DNA of 64,000 nucleotides from an uncultured archaeon (GTDB lineage: Archaea; Iainarchaeota; Iainarchaeia; Iainarchaeales; 1-14-0-10-31-34), in contig CAYTYC010000003.1 in assembly GCA_964442255.1 (NCBI GenBank), forward strand, positions 1 through 64,000, given 5' to 3'. The notes under the pieces are model-generated. The model had not been told where the DNA came from and ran no database searches. It saw nothing but the letters and a program-made list of their open reading frames with translations. The position numbers and the translations under genes were made by a program. Below, piece after piece: positions 10,317-20,502 of the stretch. Positions within the stretch are counted from its first letter, which is position 1, and each line of letters starts with the position of its first letter.

Positions 10317-10856
10317 ATGGCTGCACCGGCAAGAGCAAGGAAACCGAAGATTCTGCGGAATTTGGGCTCGCCCGTGGACCCTGAAGCGGCAAGGCGAAGA
10401 GAAGCCAGGGTCAATTCAGGGAAACCCCCAAGAAATGCTAAAATTAGGGAACCACAAAGAAAACAATTAAAAGTCGGCGGAAGGAAAAGGAACCAAAGGG
10501 GCGGAAAAAAAGTTCCTTTGCTGAGGAACAGGCGGCGGCCGACAAAACAGAGTTACTCAAATTTTTTGGTGAAAGCCGCAAAAGTGAAGGCATATTTTTT
10601 GAGGGGGATGGAGAAACGCCAACTGATTATATTCTTCAGCGATGCTGTTTTATGCGAGGAGCTCACTAAAGCCTCAATGAGACGGAGCGGGCTTTACAGT
10701 GAAAAAGAAATAAAAGAAAGAAAAAACCTTACGGGGAAAAAAACAGGGTGGCCCTCTGAAGTTATCGGAGAAATTCTCAGGGAACGGGGGCTTGACATCA
10801 AAAAAATAAGCGCAAAGGCAGAGGTCCTGGCGGAAAAAGCCCTCCACGAATGGTAA
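10317..10856 (+). CDS. hypothetical basic protein
   Basis: 179 aa ORF with an Arg/Lys-rich N-terminus and TTTAAATA upstream. Confidence 0.55.
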   Translation: MAAPARARKPKILRNLGSPVDPEAARRREARVNSGKPPRNAKIREPQRKQLKVGGRKRNQRGGKKVPLLRNRRRPTKQSYSNFLVKAAKVKAYFLRGMEKRQLIIFFSDAVLCEELTKASMRRSGLYSEKEIKERKNLTGKKTGWPSEVIGEILRERGLDIKKISAKAEVLAEKALHEW

Positions 10857-10954
10857 CTTCTACATAACTGGTTTGTGTTTTGCGTTTTTTGGGCGAATTT
10901 TCCCGCGCCCCGGGAATGAAAGAATTAAAAAGGATGTTTTTGTTTTAATTTTCT

Positions 10955-11149
10955 ATGCAGGAAAAAAAAATTAAGTTCTGCAAAAAGTGTTTTTCCGGGG
11001 ATGTTGAATGGATGGGGGAAGACGGGCTGGACATTGGGTTGATGCCCTACAAATGCGGAAAATGCGGGCACATTGGTGCGACCGGAAAAGCAACGGAAAA
11101 AAAATTAAGGGAATTGAAAAGAAAAGGAAAGGTGAAAAAAAATGATTAA
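10955..11149 (+). CDS. small CxxC...CxxC zinc-ribbon protein
   Basis: CKKC...CGKCGH; overlaps the start of the HAD gene. Confidence 0.7.
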   Translation: MQEKKIKFCKKCFSGDVEWMGEDGLDIGLMPYKCGKCGHIGATGKATEKKLRELKRKGKVKKND

Positions 11150-11807
11150 GGTTGTTTTATTTGACTTGGACAATACTTTGATTGACTTCATGAAAATGAA
11201 GAAAATGAGCGCCTCCGCCGCACTCAGTGCGATGATCGATTCCGGGCTGAACATGGATTACGGGAAAGCGGAAAAAATTTTGTTCAAATTGTATGACAAG
11301 CATGGAATAGAGTACCAGCACATTTTCCAGGAATTTTTGAAGAAAACCTCGGGAAAAGTGGATTACAAGGTTTTAAGCAACGCGATTACGGCTTACAGGC
11401 GCGTTCAAATGGGTTTTTTGAGCCCCTACCCCCACGTGCGGAGCACGCTAATTAAATTAAGGGAAAAAGGAATCAAATTAGGGATTGTTTCCGATGCACC
11501 GAAACTGAAGGCATGGCTCAGGCTGAGTGAAATGAATTTAACGGAATTCTTTGACATTGTTGTCACGTTTGATGACACCGGGAAAAAAAAGCCGCATCAC
11601 CTCCCTTACAAAGCGGCGTTAAGGAAATTCAGGGTGAAGCCGGAGGAAGTGCTGTTTGTGGGCGACTGGCCGGAAAGAGACATCAAGGGCGCGCAAAAGG
11701 CGGGAATGAAAACAGCCTTGGCTGAATATGGGACACTTTTCCCGAAAGGCAAAATCAAGCCGGATTTTGAGTTAAAGGAATTCAGGCAGCTGCTTGAACT
11801 GGTTTGA
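11142..11807 (+). CDS. HAD-superfamily hydrolase
   Basis: FDLDNTL, KKP and VGDWPERDI motifs. Confidence 0.92.
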   Translation: MIKVVLFDLDNTLIDFMKMKKMSASAALSAMIDSGLNMDYGKAEKILFKLYDKHGIEYQHIFQEFLKKTSGKVDYKVLSNAITAYRRVQMGFLSPYPHVRSTLIKLREKGIKLGIVSDAPKLKAWLRLSEMNLTEFFDIVVTFDDTGKKKPHHLPYKAALRKFRVKPEEVLFVGDWPERDIKGAQKAGMKTALAEYGTLFPKGKIKPDFELKEFRQLLELV

Positions 11808-12335
11808 ATGAAAGGCGCAAGAAAAATCAAGGGCTTTGTGAGAAGGGCGCGGGCAAAAATTGAAAGGCCTGAAGCCGCTTTAAGGGGGTTTAAGAGAACC
11901 TCCAATTCCCTTCAGCAGATTCCCTCAAGCACAATTCAGAGGCTAAAGAGCCTGGGCATTAAATTTGAAATTAAAACCACGCAGTCGGAAGACAAAAGGC
12001 ATTTATTTCTTGAAATCCGCAGGGCCAAGCTTGCCCCTGAAATCAGCGAAGAACGAGCAAAAAAAGAGATTGGAGTGGCCCGAAAAAGGCAGAAACAGTT
12101 TTCAAAGGCGCTTGCCCGCCGCAACGAAATCAGGGAAATGGCGCGGGAAGCCGCAGCCAGGGGCTCCAAAAAATGGGTTGCAGTTGAAGCGGAAATCGAA
12201 GAAAGGGGCCCGCCTGCATTCACAAACTTTGGGGAACTTGCAGAGCTCTTAGAGCGCGCCCTGATGGAGAAAAAGCAAAAAAAAGGACTGGGCACAGGGG
12301 CAAGCCCGCAAATAACGCCCCAAAAAAACACTTGA
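11808..12335 (+). CDS. hypothetical basic protein
   Basis: 175 aa ORF abutting the HAD gene. Confidence 0.55.
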   Translation: MKGARKIKGFVRRARAKIERPEAALRGFKRTSNSLQQIPSSTIQRLKSLGIKFEIKTTQSEDKRHLFLEIRRAKLAPEISEERAKKEIGVARKRQKQFSKALARRNEIREMAREAAARGSKKWVAVEAEIEERGPPAFTNFGELAELLERALMEKKQKKGLGTGASPQITPQKNT

Positions 12336-12391
12336 ACCTGTTCTTTGCCCTAAAATTCCCCTTAAAACGGTTTCTTTGCACCTATTTTTGT

Positions 12392-13162
12392 ATGCTTTTG
12401 ATTGGAACATCCGGATACAGCTACAACGACTGGGTGGGAAGGTTTTACCCCACGGACATAAGGAAAAACGCGATGTTCGATTACTACAGCAAACACTTTG
12501 ACGTGGTTGAGCTGAATTTCTCCTATTTTCGGGTTCCCTCGCCTTACCAGTATTTGGGTGTTTTAAGGAAAGCCGGAAACACTGAATTTGTTGTTAAAGC
12601 GCATAAAAGCATGACCCATGAAAGGAAACGGGATCCAAGAATTTTCGATGAATTCAATATGAGTCTGACTCCGTTAAAGCAGAAAGACAAACTGTTGTGT
12701 GTTTTGGCACAGTTTCCTTCATCCTTCCATTACTCGGAGGAAGGAATGAATTACTTAGAGTATTTGGTTAAAAAGCTGGAGTCGCCGATTGCAATGGAAT
12801 TCAGGAACAAGGACTGGAACAGGAAAAATGTTTACGATTTTTTAAGTAAAAACAATGTAAGCTACTGCACGGTTGATTCGCCGAATATCGGTGACCTGAT
12901 GCCGACGGTAGCCAAAGCAACAAGCGACTTGGGTTATGTGAGGCTGCATGGAAGGAACGGGGAAAAATGGTTTAACGCAAGGCAGGGATTTGAAAGATAC
13001 GATTACTCCTATAACGAAAAGGAATTAAGGGAATTAATCCCGAAAATAAGGAAAATCGAGAAAAAAACCGAGAAAACCCTTGTATTGTTCAACAACCATT
13101 TCCAGGCAAAGGCCGCGCAAAACGCGAAACAATTCAAGGAAATGGTTAAAGAAAAAAAATAG
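12392..13162 (+). CDS. DUF72 family protein
   Basis: IGTSGYSY...W, VELNFSYF, QFPSSF, EFRN, YVRLHGR, YDYSY, FNNH. Confidence 0.92.
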   Translation: MLLIGTSGYSYNDWVGRFYPTDIRKNAMFDYYSKHFDVVELNFSYFRVPSPYQYLGVLRKAGNTEFVVKAHKSMTHERKRDPRIFDEFNMSLTPLKQKDKLLCVLAQFPSSFHYSEEGMNYLEYLVKKLESPIAMEFRNKDWNRKNVYDFLSKNNVSYCTVDSPNIGDLMPTVAKATSDLGYVRLHGRNGEKWFNARQGFERYDYSYNEKELRELIPKIRKIEKKTEKTLVLFNNHFQAKAAQNAKQFKEMVKEKK

Positions 13163-13377
13163 CCCATGGTTTCCCCGCGGAAACCGAATTGGTTTGTGAA
13201 AAAGGAGACAATTAAAATAAGCAGGAAAATGCCTGGGGAAAACCATTTGGCGACCAAAATGGCTAAAAGCCTGCATGAATTCCTTCCCTTCCTGGTTTAC
13301 GGAAACAATTTGCTTCCCTTTCACGGGGAAATCGGGCTGGTTTCAGGGTTTGATAAAGGAAACTTAAGGCATGTAAG

Positions 13378-14182
13378 TTAAATTGATTCCCCTTTTCTGA
13401 TTCTGTCAACAGTGCCTTTAAAATCCTTCTCCAAAGCCCGGCCCAGCTTTTCAGGATCACGCATGGCATTCAAAGCCCGGCCCAGCTTTTCAGGACGCAC
13501 CATGACATTCAAAGCCCGGCCCAGCTTTTCAGGACGCACCATGGCATTCAAAGCCCGGCCCAGCTTTTCAGGATGCACCATGACATCCAAAACCAAACCC
13601 AGCTTTTCAGGACGCACCATGACATCCAAAACCAAACCCAGCTTTTCAGGATCACGCATGGCATTCAAAGCCAAACCCAGGCTTCCAGGATNNNNNNNNN
13701 NNNNNNNNNNNNNNNNNNNNNNNNNNNNNNNNNNNNNNNNNNNNNNNNNNNNNNNNNNNNNNNNNNNNNNNNNNNNNNNNNNNNNNNNNNNCATTCAAAG
13801 CCCGGCCCAGCTTTTCAGGACGCACCATGACATTCAAAGCCCGGCCCAGCTTTTCAGGATCACGCATGGCATTCAATACTGTGCCAGTCTTTTTGTCGCC
13901 AGTTGCTTCAAGGAACTTCAGAAAGGCGCTGCCAACACGCTTTTGTTTTACAACTTTTTCCACTTGCTGCAACATTCCTTTTTCCGAGAGAAGCCTTTGC
14001 ATGGGCTGACCCAAATCCTTTTTTTCTGCTAAATAAACCAGTGCTCGCACTCGCGGTGGAAGCTCTGTCCGGTCATAAGCTTTAGTCCGATTCGCCAAGC
14101 GCCGTTTACTCTCTTGCTGTAATCTCTCCGCTACCCTCTTAAACCCTCTTTTGGAAGGTTTTTGGCGTTTTGCAGGCGACAT
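13378..14182 (-). CDS. orphan protein with 13-aa tandem repeats (LNAMRDPEKLGRA type), interrupted by an N gap at 13692-13791
   Basis: the same repeat is read on both sides of the gap; basic N-terminus. Confidence 0.7.
13432..13876 (-). repeat. 39-bp coding tandem repeat array (at least 8 units visible, true number unknown)
   Basis: repeated CATTCAAAGCCCGGCCCAGCTTTTCAGGA...CAT units with variants. Confidence 0.9.
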
Positions 14183-14241
14183 TCAAACCAAAAGACAATT
14201 GCCGGAAAAAGCATAAAAACCTTTTGCCTTAAAAAAAGCAG

Positions 14242-15204
14242 CGCATTATCCCGAATTAATGTCTTTCGTGAAAATAGGCTTTTCTGGCCTATTGAAGTCA
14301 CAAAGAAGCTGAACCAGAAGAAGATGCAATGGATCGTGAAAGAAGCCAAAATAAGGGAATTAAGTACGGGGCAGATAGCAAAGCCGCAGGGCATAACAGC
14401 AAGGCATGCAAGGCGTGTCTTTGCAAAATACCGGATGAAAAAAAGCCAAGGCTGCTGCGCTGCGGAAGAAAGCCAAAGCCAATGACGCAGCAGGAGACTG
14501 ATGCCGTGCCCGGCATCAGAAATAAGCATCCCTTTGGAGCGGTAAACCTGCAGCTTATGCTTGCAGAAAAAGATATTCATATTCCGCATAATCACGTCCA
14601 CAAAATACTGAAGCAGCACTGCACTGCAAAAGACGAGCCAAAAAAGCAGAAGCGCAGGAAATGAATAAGGTGTGAGCGCAAGCATTCAAACAGCCTTTGG
14701 CACATTGATTACAGCGAGCGTGACGGAAAATGTGTTCTAGGGCCCCTGGATGACGCTTCACGCATGATTGCAGGACATGGATTATTTGACAATGCGACAG
14801 CCGGGAATGCCGTTGCAGTTCTGGATGAAGCGGTGAAGCAGCGCGGAACTCCCGGACAGCCCTTATCTGACAATGGATCGCAGTTTGCATCCATCACCAG
14901 GAAAGACTGCCCTGACCACAATCTTTTCCGGAAAAAGCCTGATGCGCCTGGCATTGGGCACATCAAGGCACGCGTCAACCACCCGCAGACAAACGGCAAA
15001 CCCGAATGCTGGTTTCTCACAATGAAAAGACTCGTTGATCACTTCGGCGACCTGCAGCAGGCAGTAGATTATTGCAACAACAGGCGCCCCCACATGAGCC
15101 TCAACAACGGCTCATTATGCACGCCTGCACAGGCTTTTTCAGAAAAACTTAAAGGGTGAATTGCACGGAAATAACTAAAGCGGACAATAAATCGGGACAA
15201 CACA
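14242..15204 (+). mobile_element. decayed IS481-family insertion sequence (about 960 bp) with a fragmented DDE transposase
   Basis: transposase pieces over several frames (HPFGAVNL, SLWHIDY, DDASR, LSDNGSQF, HPQTNGK, RPHMSL); imperfect 22-bp inverted ends 14242-14263 / 15183-15204 (16/22 match, right end reads TGT). Confidence 0.85.
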
Positions 15205-15283
15205 GGAACAAAAAAAGAAGAAAAAAAATAAAAATCAGTTTTTCAGCATCCTCCGCATCCCGGCCCCATGGTTTTTCACCTCC

Positions 15284-15874
15284 TCAGGTCCTGATAACAA
15301 TATCCGAATACTTTTTTGTTGGGGCAATGTGCTTTAAATACATTGGCTGGACTGAAGATTTCCACATTTCCTGCACTGTTTCCTTTTTGTAATCCCTTTC
15401 CTTTATGTCGCGTTTTATTCTTCGCTGCAGGCGCTTTTTTTCGCTGCACTCCAAAAAAACCTTTAAGCCATACAGGGGAACAAGTTTTTTGTTCAGCGCA
15501 TGAATTCCTTCCACGACAAGAATTTTTGCGGGCGCAAAGTCCTCTGCGCCAATGCGAGCGCATTTCCTGAAGCTGTAAACCGGCTTCAAAACTTTTTTCC
15601 CTTTTTTCAGCGCCCGGAGATGGAATTTTGCGAGGGAAATGTCCATTATCCCCGGCGCGTCCCAATTGTTGTTTTTCACGAACTTTTTGCCCTTAAAGTA
15701 GTCGTCCAATGGAATGGTTTTTTCGCCAAGTTTTTTTGCAAGAAAAGTTTTTCCCGCACCAGAGCCTCCGTCTATTCCAACCAAAAAAAAGCCCTCCTTT
15801 TTTTTGAAGGCTGAAATTCTTTTCTTCAGCTCCGCAAGCCCCTCTTTTTCGTCGAATGACTTCATCCAAAGCAT
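15284..15874 (-). CDS. udk: uridine kinase-like P-loop kinase
   Basis: GIDGGSGAGKT, LDDY, VEGIHAL, RRIKRD, YLKHIAPTK. Confidence 0.85.
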   Translation of the reverse strand: MLWMKSFDEKEGLAELKKRISAFKKKEGFFLVGIDGGSGAGKTFLAKKLGEKTIPLDDYFKGKKFVKNNNWDAPGIMDISLAKFHLRALKKGKKVLKPVYSFRKCARIGAEDFAPAKILVVEGIHALNKKLVPLYGLKVFLECSEKKRLQRRIKRDIKERDYKKETVQEMWKSSVQPMYLKHIAPTKKYSDIVIRT

Positions 15875-15927
15875 TTAAACTGAAAGGCTATTTAATTAAA
15901 TTGCTGTAAAAAAAATCTTAGATAACC

Positions 15928-16934
15928 ATGAAAAAAGCCAAATTCCGGGGGGAATTCACGAGATCCGGACGTAAAGCATATGAAAGGCCGGGGGTCAGGA
16001 AAGCGGAAACGACTTCGCGCTGGAACCGGGAAGCTGACACCCTTCTTGTCCAAAAAGTCGGGGAACTGCTGAGTCAGGGAAAGCCTACTCCAATGGAAAC
16101 AAAGGTTTATTTAAGCGGAAAACTTTCAAAAAGCATTGCTGCAATTGAAAGAAGGCTGGCTTGTTCAGAAATTGCGGGAGTGTCTTTGAAATGCTTGCGC
16201 TGGTGGATAATATTCATCCGGGGGGCGGAAAAAAAGGGATAACAATCATGAAACTTCAAAACAGGCCTCCACAACAAAGGTCTTTGGCAGCCCCAGGAAA
16301 ACACTGGACACACGCAATGGGGTTAAAGCTTGCAAAAACTGTCTGGAACAGGCATTGGAGCAAAGGGAAAAAAACCTCTTCAGAAACAGTCATGGGCCTG
16401 GCCAGAACTTTTTCTAAAACTCCAGGGGCTATTCGCATGCAACTTAGAAAATTCCAGGACTGCGGAAGCTTGGCGGCCATGATTTCAAGGGCGGACAAAC
16501 TTTATCCAAAAGAAGTTCCCCCACGGGCTGCAGGAAAAGGCGCCGAAATAGAAGGCAGGCCCAAGGCAAAAAAACAAAAACAGGTTACCGGCGTGGTGAC
16601 CGGAAAGGGGCTGGTTGTTAGTTTCAGGTTTAAAGGCAGTTTGGTGGCAGTTAAAAGGCGCTGGAAAGGCGGGAAAGCATCAAAAATTGAAGTTGATGGA
16701 AAACCAATGATAAATGTTGCATGGCTGATAAAAGCCGGCGGAAAAAAACAACAAGGACTTGGAAACAAAGTGACCGACGTGATGGCCGCCAACGGAATTC
16801 ACAGCAAAGCAATTCCTTTTCCCGGCGAACCCCCTAAAAACGCGAAAAAGTTTGTCGCAGAAGCAGATGCCAAAAAAATTACCCGCATAATAGAAATGCA
16901 AAGGGAAAAATATGGTGGAAGGGGCCGAAAGTGA
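15928..16934 (+). pseudogene. orphan with two Myb/HTH-like repeats, split by an apparent 1-nt deletion near 16160 (ORFs 15928-16242 and 16161/16248-16934)
   Basis: internal homology AIERRL-x-LFRNCGS vs AIRMQLRKFQDCGS continues only across a frame change. Confidence 0.55.
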
Positions 16935-18472
16935 AGCAAAAAGAAAAATTTGATTTGGTGGTGACAGGGTCGGGGCTGGCTGGGCTGACCGCGGCATATT
17001 ACGCAAGCAAGAACAGGAACAAAAGCATTGCTGTTTTAACCAAACTGGAGAAGCCGAATTTCAGCTCCTATTTTGCGCAGGGCGGAATAGCTGTATCGCT
17101 GGGAAAAAAGGATTCGGCTGAAAAGCATTTCCGGGACACGGTGAAGGCTGGCTGCGGATTAAACAACAGGCAGGCAGTAAGTGTTTTGGTCAGGGAGGGA
17201 AGGAAAAGGGTTAAGGAGTTAATGGGGCTGGGGCTGGAGTTTGATTCCAACGGGAAAGGAAAGCCTGTTTTCGGAAGGGAAGGCGCGCACTCGCTGAACA
17301 GGGTTCTCCACATTGGCGGGGACTCAACCGGGAGAGGGCTGAGCAAGTTTGTTGCGGGGCTTGTGAAAGAAAGGAAAAACGTGCACTTTTTCCGTAAACA
17401 CTTTTTATTGGAATTGGCTGTGAAAGGAAACCGCTGTCACGGTGCTTTCGCGCAAAGCCCCATGGGAGTGAAGTTTTTTGAATCAAATGCTGTTGTTCTT
17501 GCGGCAGGGGGCTTTGCTTCCCTTTACTCGAAAACAACCAACCCCGCGGGAACCGTGGGTCAGGGCATTACCGCGGCACACAGGGCCGGCGCTGAACTCA
17601 TGGACCTGGAGTTCGTGCAGTTCCATCCCACGACCTACCCGACAAAGGGCGAAAGGAATTTTCTGCTTTCCGAGGCAATGCGGGGGGAAGGCGCAAAAAT
17701 CGTGAACGGAAAAGGGGAAAGGTTTTTGGGCAGAATTGATTCCCGGGAGGAACTGGCGCCAAGGGATATTGTAAGCAAAGCAATTCATTTGGAGATTCAA
17801 AAAGGGGAAAAAGTTTTTTTGGACTGCACGCATTTGGGAAAAGAGTTTTTGAGGAAAAGGTTTCCCACAATCTACCGGAGAACAAAAGAGCACGGAACGG
17901 ATTTAAGCAAAAAGCCCGTGGAAATAGGGCCCGCCGCGCACTTCACAATGGGGGGAGTGAAAACGGGTTTGGATTCCTTAAGCAGCGTAAGCAGGCTTTA
18001 CGCGTGCGGGGAATGCTCGTGCAACGGCGTGCACGGCGCGAACCGCTTAGCCTCCAATTCACTGCTTGACGCGGTTGTGTTCGGCGCAAGGGCAGGGGAA
18101 AATGCGGTGAAAGAAAGGAAAGCCAACGGCCTTTCGCCGGAAAAAGTCCCCGAAGCAGGGGAAAGCGAAAAAAACGAGGAAAAAAAAGAGGTAAAAGAAA
18201 TTTTATGGAGCTGTTGCGGGATTGTGAGAAACAGGGGAGGGCTGCTGAAGGGACTGAATGAATTGAAGAAAATGGAGTTAAAGGCGGGAAAGAAAAGGCT
18301 TTCCTTTTTCCCGAGGCTGAAAAGCGAAATCGAATTGGGGAAGCTGGTGCTGGGCTCCGCGCTTGCACGGGAGGAAAGCAGGGGCGCGCATTTCAGGGAA
18401 GATTTCCCGAAAAAACGCGCGGAATGGAGAAATCACTCGGTTTTAAAAGGGAGTTTGGGGGCAAAATCTTAA
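16931..18472 (+). CDS. nadB: L-aspartate oxidase
   Basis: GSGLAGL, AQGGIA, EFVQFHPT, SEAMRGEG, GVHGANRLASNSL, ESRGAH. Confidence 0.95.
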   Translation: MKQKEKFDLVVTGSGLAGLTAAYYASKNRNKSIAVLTKLEKPNFSSYFAQGGIAVSLGKKDSAEKHFRDTVKAGCGLNNRQAVSVLVREGRKRVKELMGLGLEFDSNGKGKPVFGREGAHSLNRVLHIGGDSTGRGLSKFVAGLVKERKNVHFFRKHFLLELAVKGNRCHGAFAQSPMGVKFFESNAVVLAAGGFASLYSKTTNPAGTVGQGITAAHRAGAELMDLEFVQFHPTTYPTKGERNFLLSEAMRGEGAKIVNGKGERFLGRIDSREELAPRDIVSKAIHLEIQKGEKVFLDCTHLGKEFLRKRFPTIYRRTKEHGTDLSKKPVEIGPAAHFTMGGVKTGLDSLSSVSRLYACGECSCNGVHGANRLASNSLLDAVVFGARAGENAVKERKANGLSPEKVPEAGESEKNEEKKEVKEILWSCCGIVRNRGGLLKGLNELKKMELKAGKKRLSFFPRLKSEIELGKLVLGSALAREESRGAHFREDFPKKRAEWRNHSVLKGSLGAKS

Positions 18473-18473
18473 A

Positions 18474-19391
18474 ATGCCTTTAAGCGAAGTGCAGGAAAAA
18501 ATCCTGCGGCTGAAAAAGGAAAAAAACGCGTTAATCCTTGCGCACAACTACCAGGGCAGGGAAGTGCAGGAAATCGCGGACTTTGCCGGGGACAGCCTGG
18601 AGCTGGCGAAAAAGGCGCGGGATTTTAAGGAAAAAATTGTGGTGTTCTGCGGGGTTGACTTCATGGCGGAAACCACGAAAATTTTGAGCCCGGAAAAAAA
18701 GGTTTTAATGCCTTCCCCGGGCGCAAAATGCCCGCTCGCAAAGCAGTTGAGCGCAGAGCAGCTGAAGGAAGCGCAGGAAAGGTTTCCGGAAGCGAAAACC
18801 GTTTTATACGTTAATTCAGGCGCGGAAACAAAGGCGCTTGCGGATTCCTGTTGCACTTCCGCAAACGCGGAAAAAATAGTTAACGCAATGGATTCTGAAA
18901 CAGTTTTGTTCGGCCCGGACCACAACCTCGCTTATTACGTGCAGAAAAGGAGCGGAAAAAAAATTGTTCCTGTTCCGGAGGACGGAATCTGCCCCACGCA
19001 CCACTTCATTTCCGAAGACGAGGTTTTAGAGCAGAAACGGCTGCATCCCAAAGCAAAGATAATTGCGCACCCTGAATGCGTTCCGGAAGTGCAGGCGGAA
19101 GCGGACTTCATTGCCTCAACCTCGGGAATGGTTAAAATTGCGAAGGAAAACCCTGCAGCGGAATTCATTGTCGCGACAGAGAAAAACATGCTCATAAGGC
19201 TGGAGAGGGAAGCTCCTGGAAAAACTTTTTATCCCGCTTCAGGGCATGCAATTTGCCCCACCATGCGGATGATCACAATTGAAAAGGTTTTGGAGTCGCT
19301 GGAAGAAGAGAAGTTTGAAGTGGAAGTGGACGGAAAGATTTCAGGGAAAGCAAGAAAAGCAATTGAGAAAATGTTTGAATTGACCGTTTGA
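18474..19391 (+). CDS. nadA: quinolinate synthase
   Basis: ILAHNYQ, GDSLEL, FCGVDFMAE, YVNS, AHPEC, CPTM. Confidence 0.96.
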   Translation: MPLSEVQEKILRLKKEKNALILAHNYQGREVQEIADFAGDSLELAKKARDFKEKIVVFCGVDFMAETTKILSPEKKVLMPSPGAKCPLAKQLSAEQLKEAQERFPEAKTVLYVNSGAETKALADSCCTSANAEKIVNAMDSETVLFGPDHNLAYYVQKRSGKKIVPVPEDGICPTHHFISEDEVLEQKRLHPKAKIIAHPECVPEVQAEADFIASTSGMVKIAKENPAAEFIVATEKNMLIRLEREAPGKTFYPASGHAICPTMRMITIEKVLESLEEEKFEVEVDGKISGKARKAIEKMFELTV

Positions 19392-19425
19392 TTTAAAGCC
19401 CTTTCCGAACCTGAATCCTTTTTTA

Positions 19426-20499
19426 ATGAAAAAAGGTTTTCCTGCTCGGCTGATTCTTGAGGACGGCACTGTTTTTTCCGGCAAAAGCTTTGGGTTTAAT
19501 TCCTCCAGCGCAGGGGAAGCAGTATTCAACACAGGGATGGTCGGCTACCCTGAAAGTTTAACTGACCCTTCCTACTGCGGGCAGATTCTTGTTTTCACGT
19601 ATCCGCTGATTGGAAACTACGGGGTTCCGGGAAAGAAAAAAGAGTTTGGGTTAAGCAAGTTTTTTGAATCGGAAAGAATTCAGGTGAAAGGGCTTGTGGT
19701 TGCGGATTATTCACAGGAATGGAGCCACTGGAATTCGGAAAAAAGTTTGGGGGACTGGCTGAAGGAAGAAAAAGTTCCCGCAATAAGCGGAGTGGACACA
19801 CGGGCTCTGACCAAAAGGCTGCGGGAAAAAGGCACAATGCTTGGAAAAATTGTTTTGGGAAAAGATGTGGAATTTTTTGACCCGAATAAAGTTAATTTGG
19901 TGCAGGAAGTAAGCGGAAAAAAAGTTTTGGAGCATGGAAAGGGAAGGAAAAAAATTGCCGTGGTGGACTGCGGTGTTAAGAACAATATCATCAGGAGTTT
20001 GGTGAACCGGAAAGTGAAGGTTTACAGGGTTCCATGGAACTGTGATTTGGTGAAAAGCGGGCTGGATTTTGACGGGGTTGTTTTAAGCAACGGCCCGGGA
20101 AACCCAAAGCAATGCAGGGAAACGATTGAGAACGTAAAGAAACTGCTTAAGGAAGAAATTCCAATTTTTGGAATCTGCTTGGGAAACCAGATTCTTGCAT
20201 TGGCTGCAGGCGCGAACACATTTAAATTGAAATACGGGCACCGCGGGCAGAACCAGCCATGCGAAGAGCTGGACAGCGGAAAGTGCTTTATTACAGCGCA
20301 AAACCATGGTTACGCGATTAAAGGAAGCTCCATGGGGAGGGGCTGGGGGGAATGGTTCAAAAACCTGAATGACGGCACAAACGAAGGCATAAAGCACAGG
20401 GTAAAGCCCTTTTACTCCGTGCAATTCCACCCTGAATTTAATCCAGGGCCTACAGATACGGGTTTCCTGTTTGATAAGTTTTTGAGGGAGGTGAAATAG
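19426..20499 (+). CDS. carA: carbamoyl-phosphate synthase small subunit
   Basis: FNTGMVGYPESLTDPSY, SNGPGNP, GICLG, QNHG, QFHPE. Confidence 0.97.
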   Translation: MKKGFPARLILEDGTVFSGKSFGFNSSSAGEAVFNTGMVGYPESLTDPSYCGQILVFTYPLIGNYGVPGKKKEFGLSKFFESERIQVKGLVVADYSQEWSHWNSEKSLGDWLKEEKVPAISGVDTRALTKRLREKGTMLGKIVLGKDVEFFDPNKVNLVQEVSGKKVLEHGKGRKKIAVVDCGVKNNIIRSLVNRKVKVYRVPWNCDLVKSGLDFDGVVLSNGPGNPKQCRETIENVKKLLKEEIPIFGICLGNQILALAAGANTFKLKYGHRGQNQPCEELDSGKCFITAQNHGYAIKGSSMGRGWGEWFKNLNDGTNEGIKHRVKPFYSVQFHPEFNPGPTDTGFLFDKFLREVK

Positions 20500-20502
20500 C
20501 TT

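Noticed and set aside
9969..10384. Two short ORFs upstream of 10317
   Set aside because: No recognisable motifs and weak starts; possibly decayed DNA, not supportable as genes.
13166..13381. 71-aa ORF after the DUF72 gene
   Set aside because: No motif or other evidence distinguishing it from a chance ORF.
13432..13876. CRISPR array
   Set aside because: 39-bp in-frame coding repeats without spacers.
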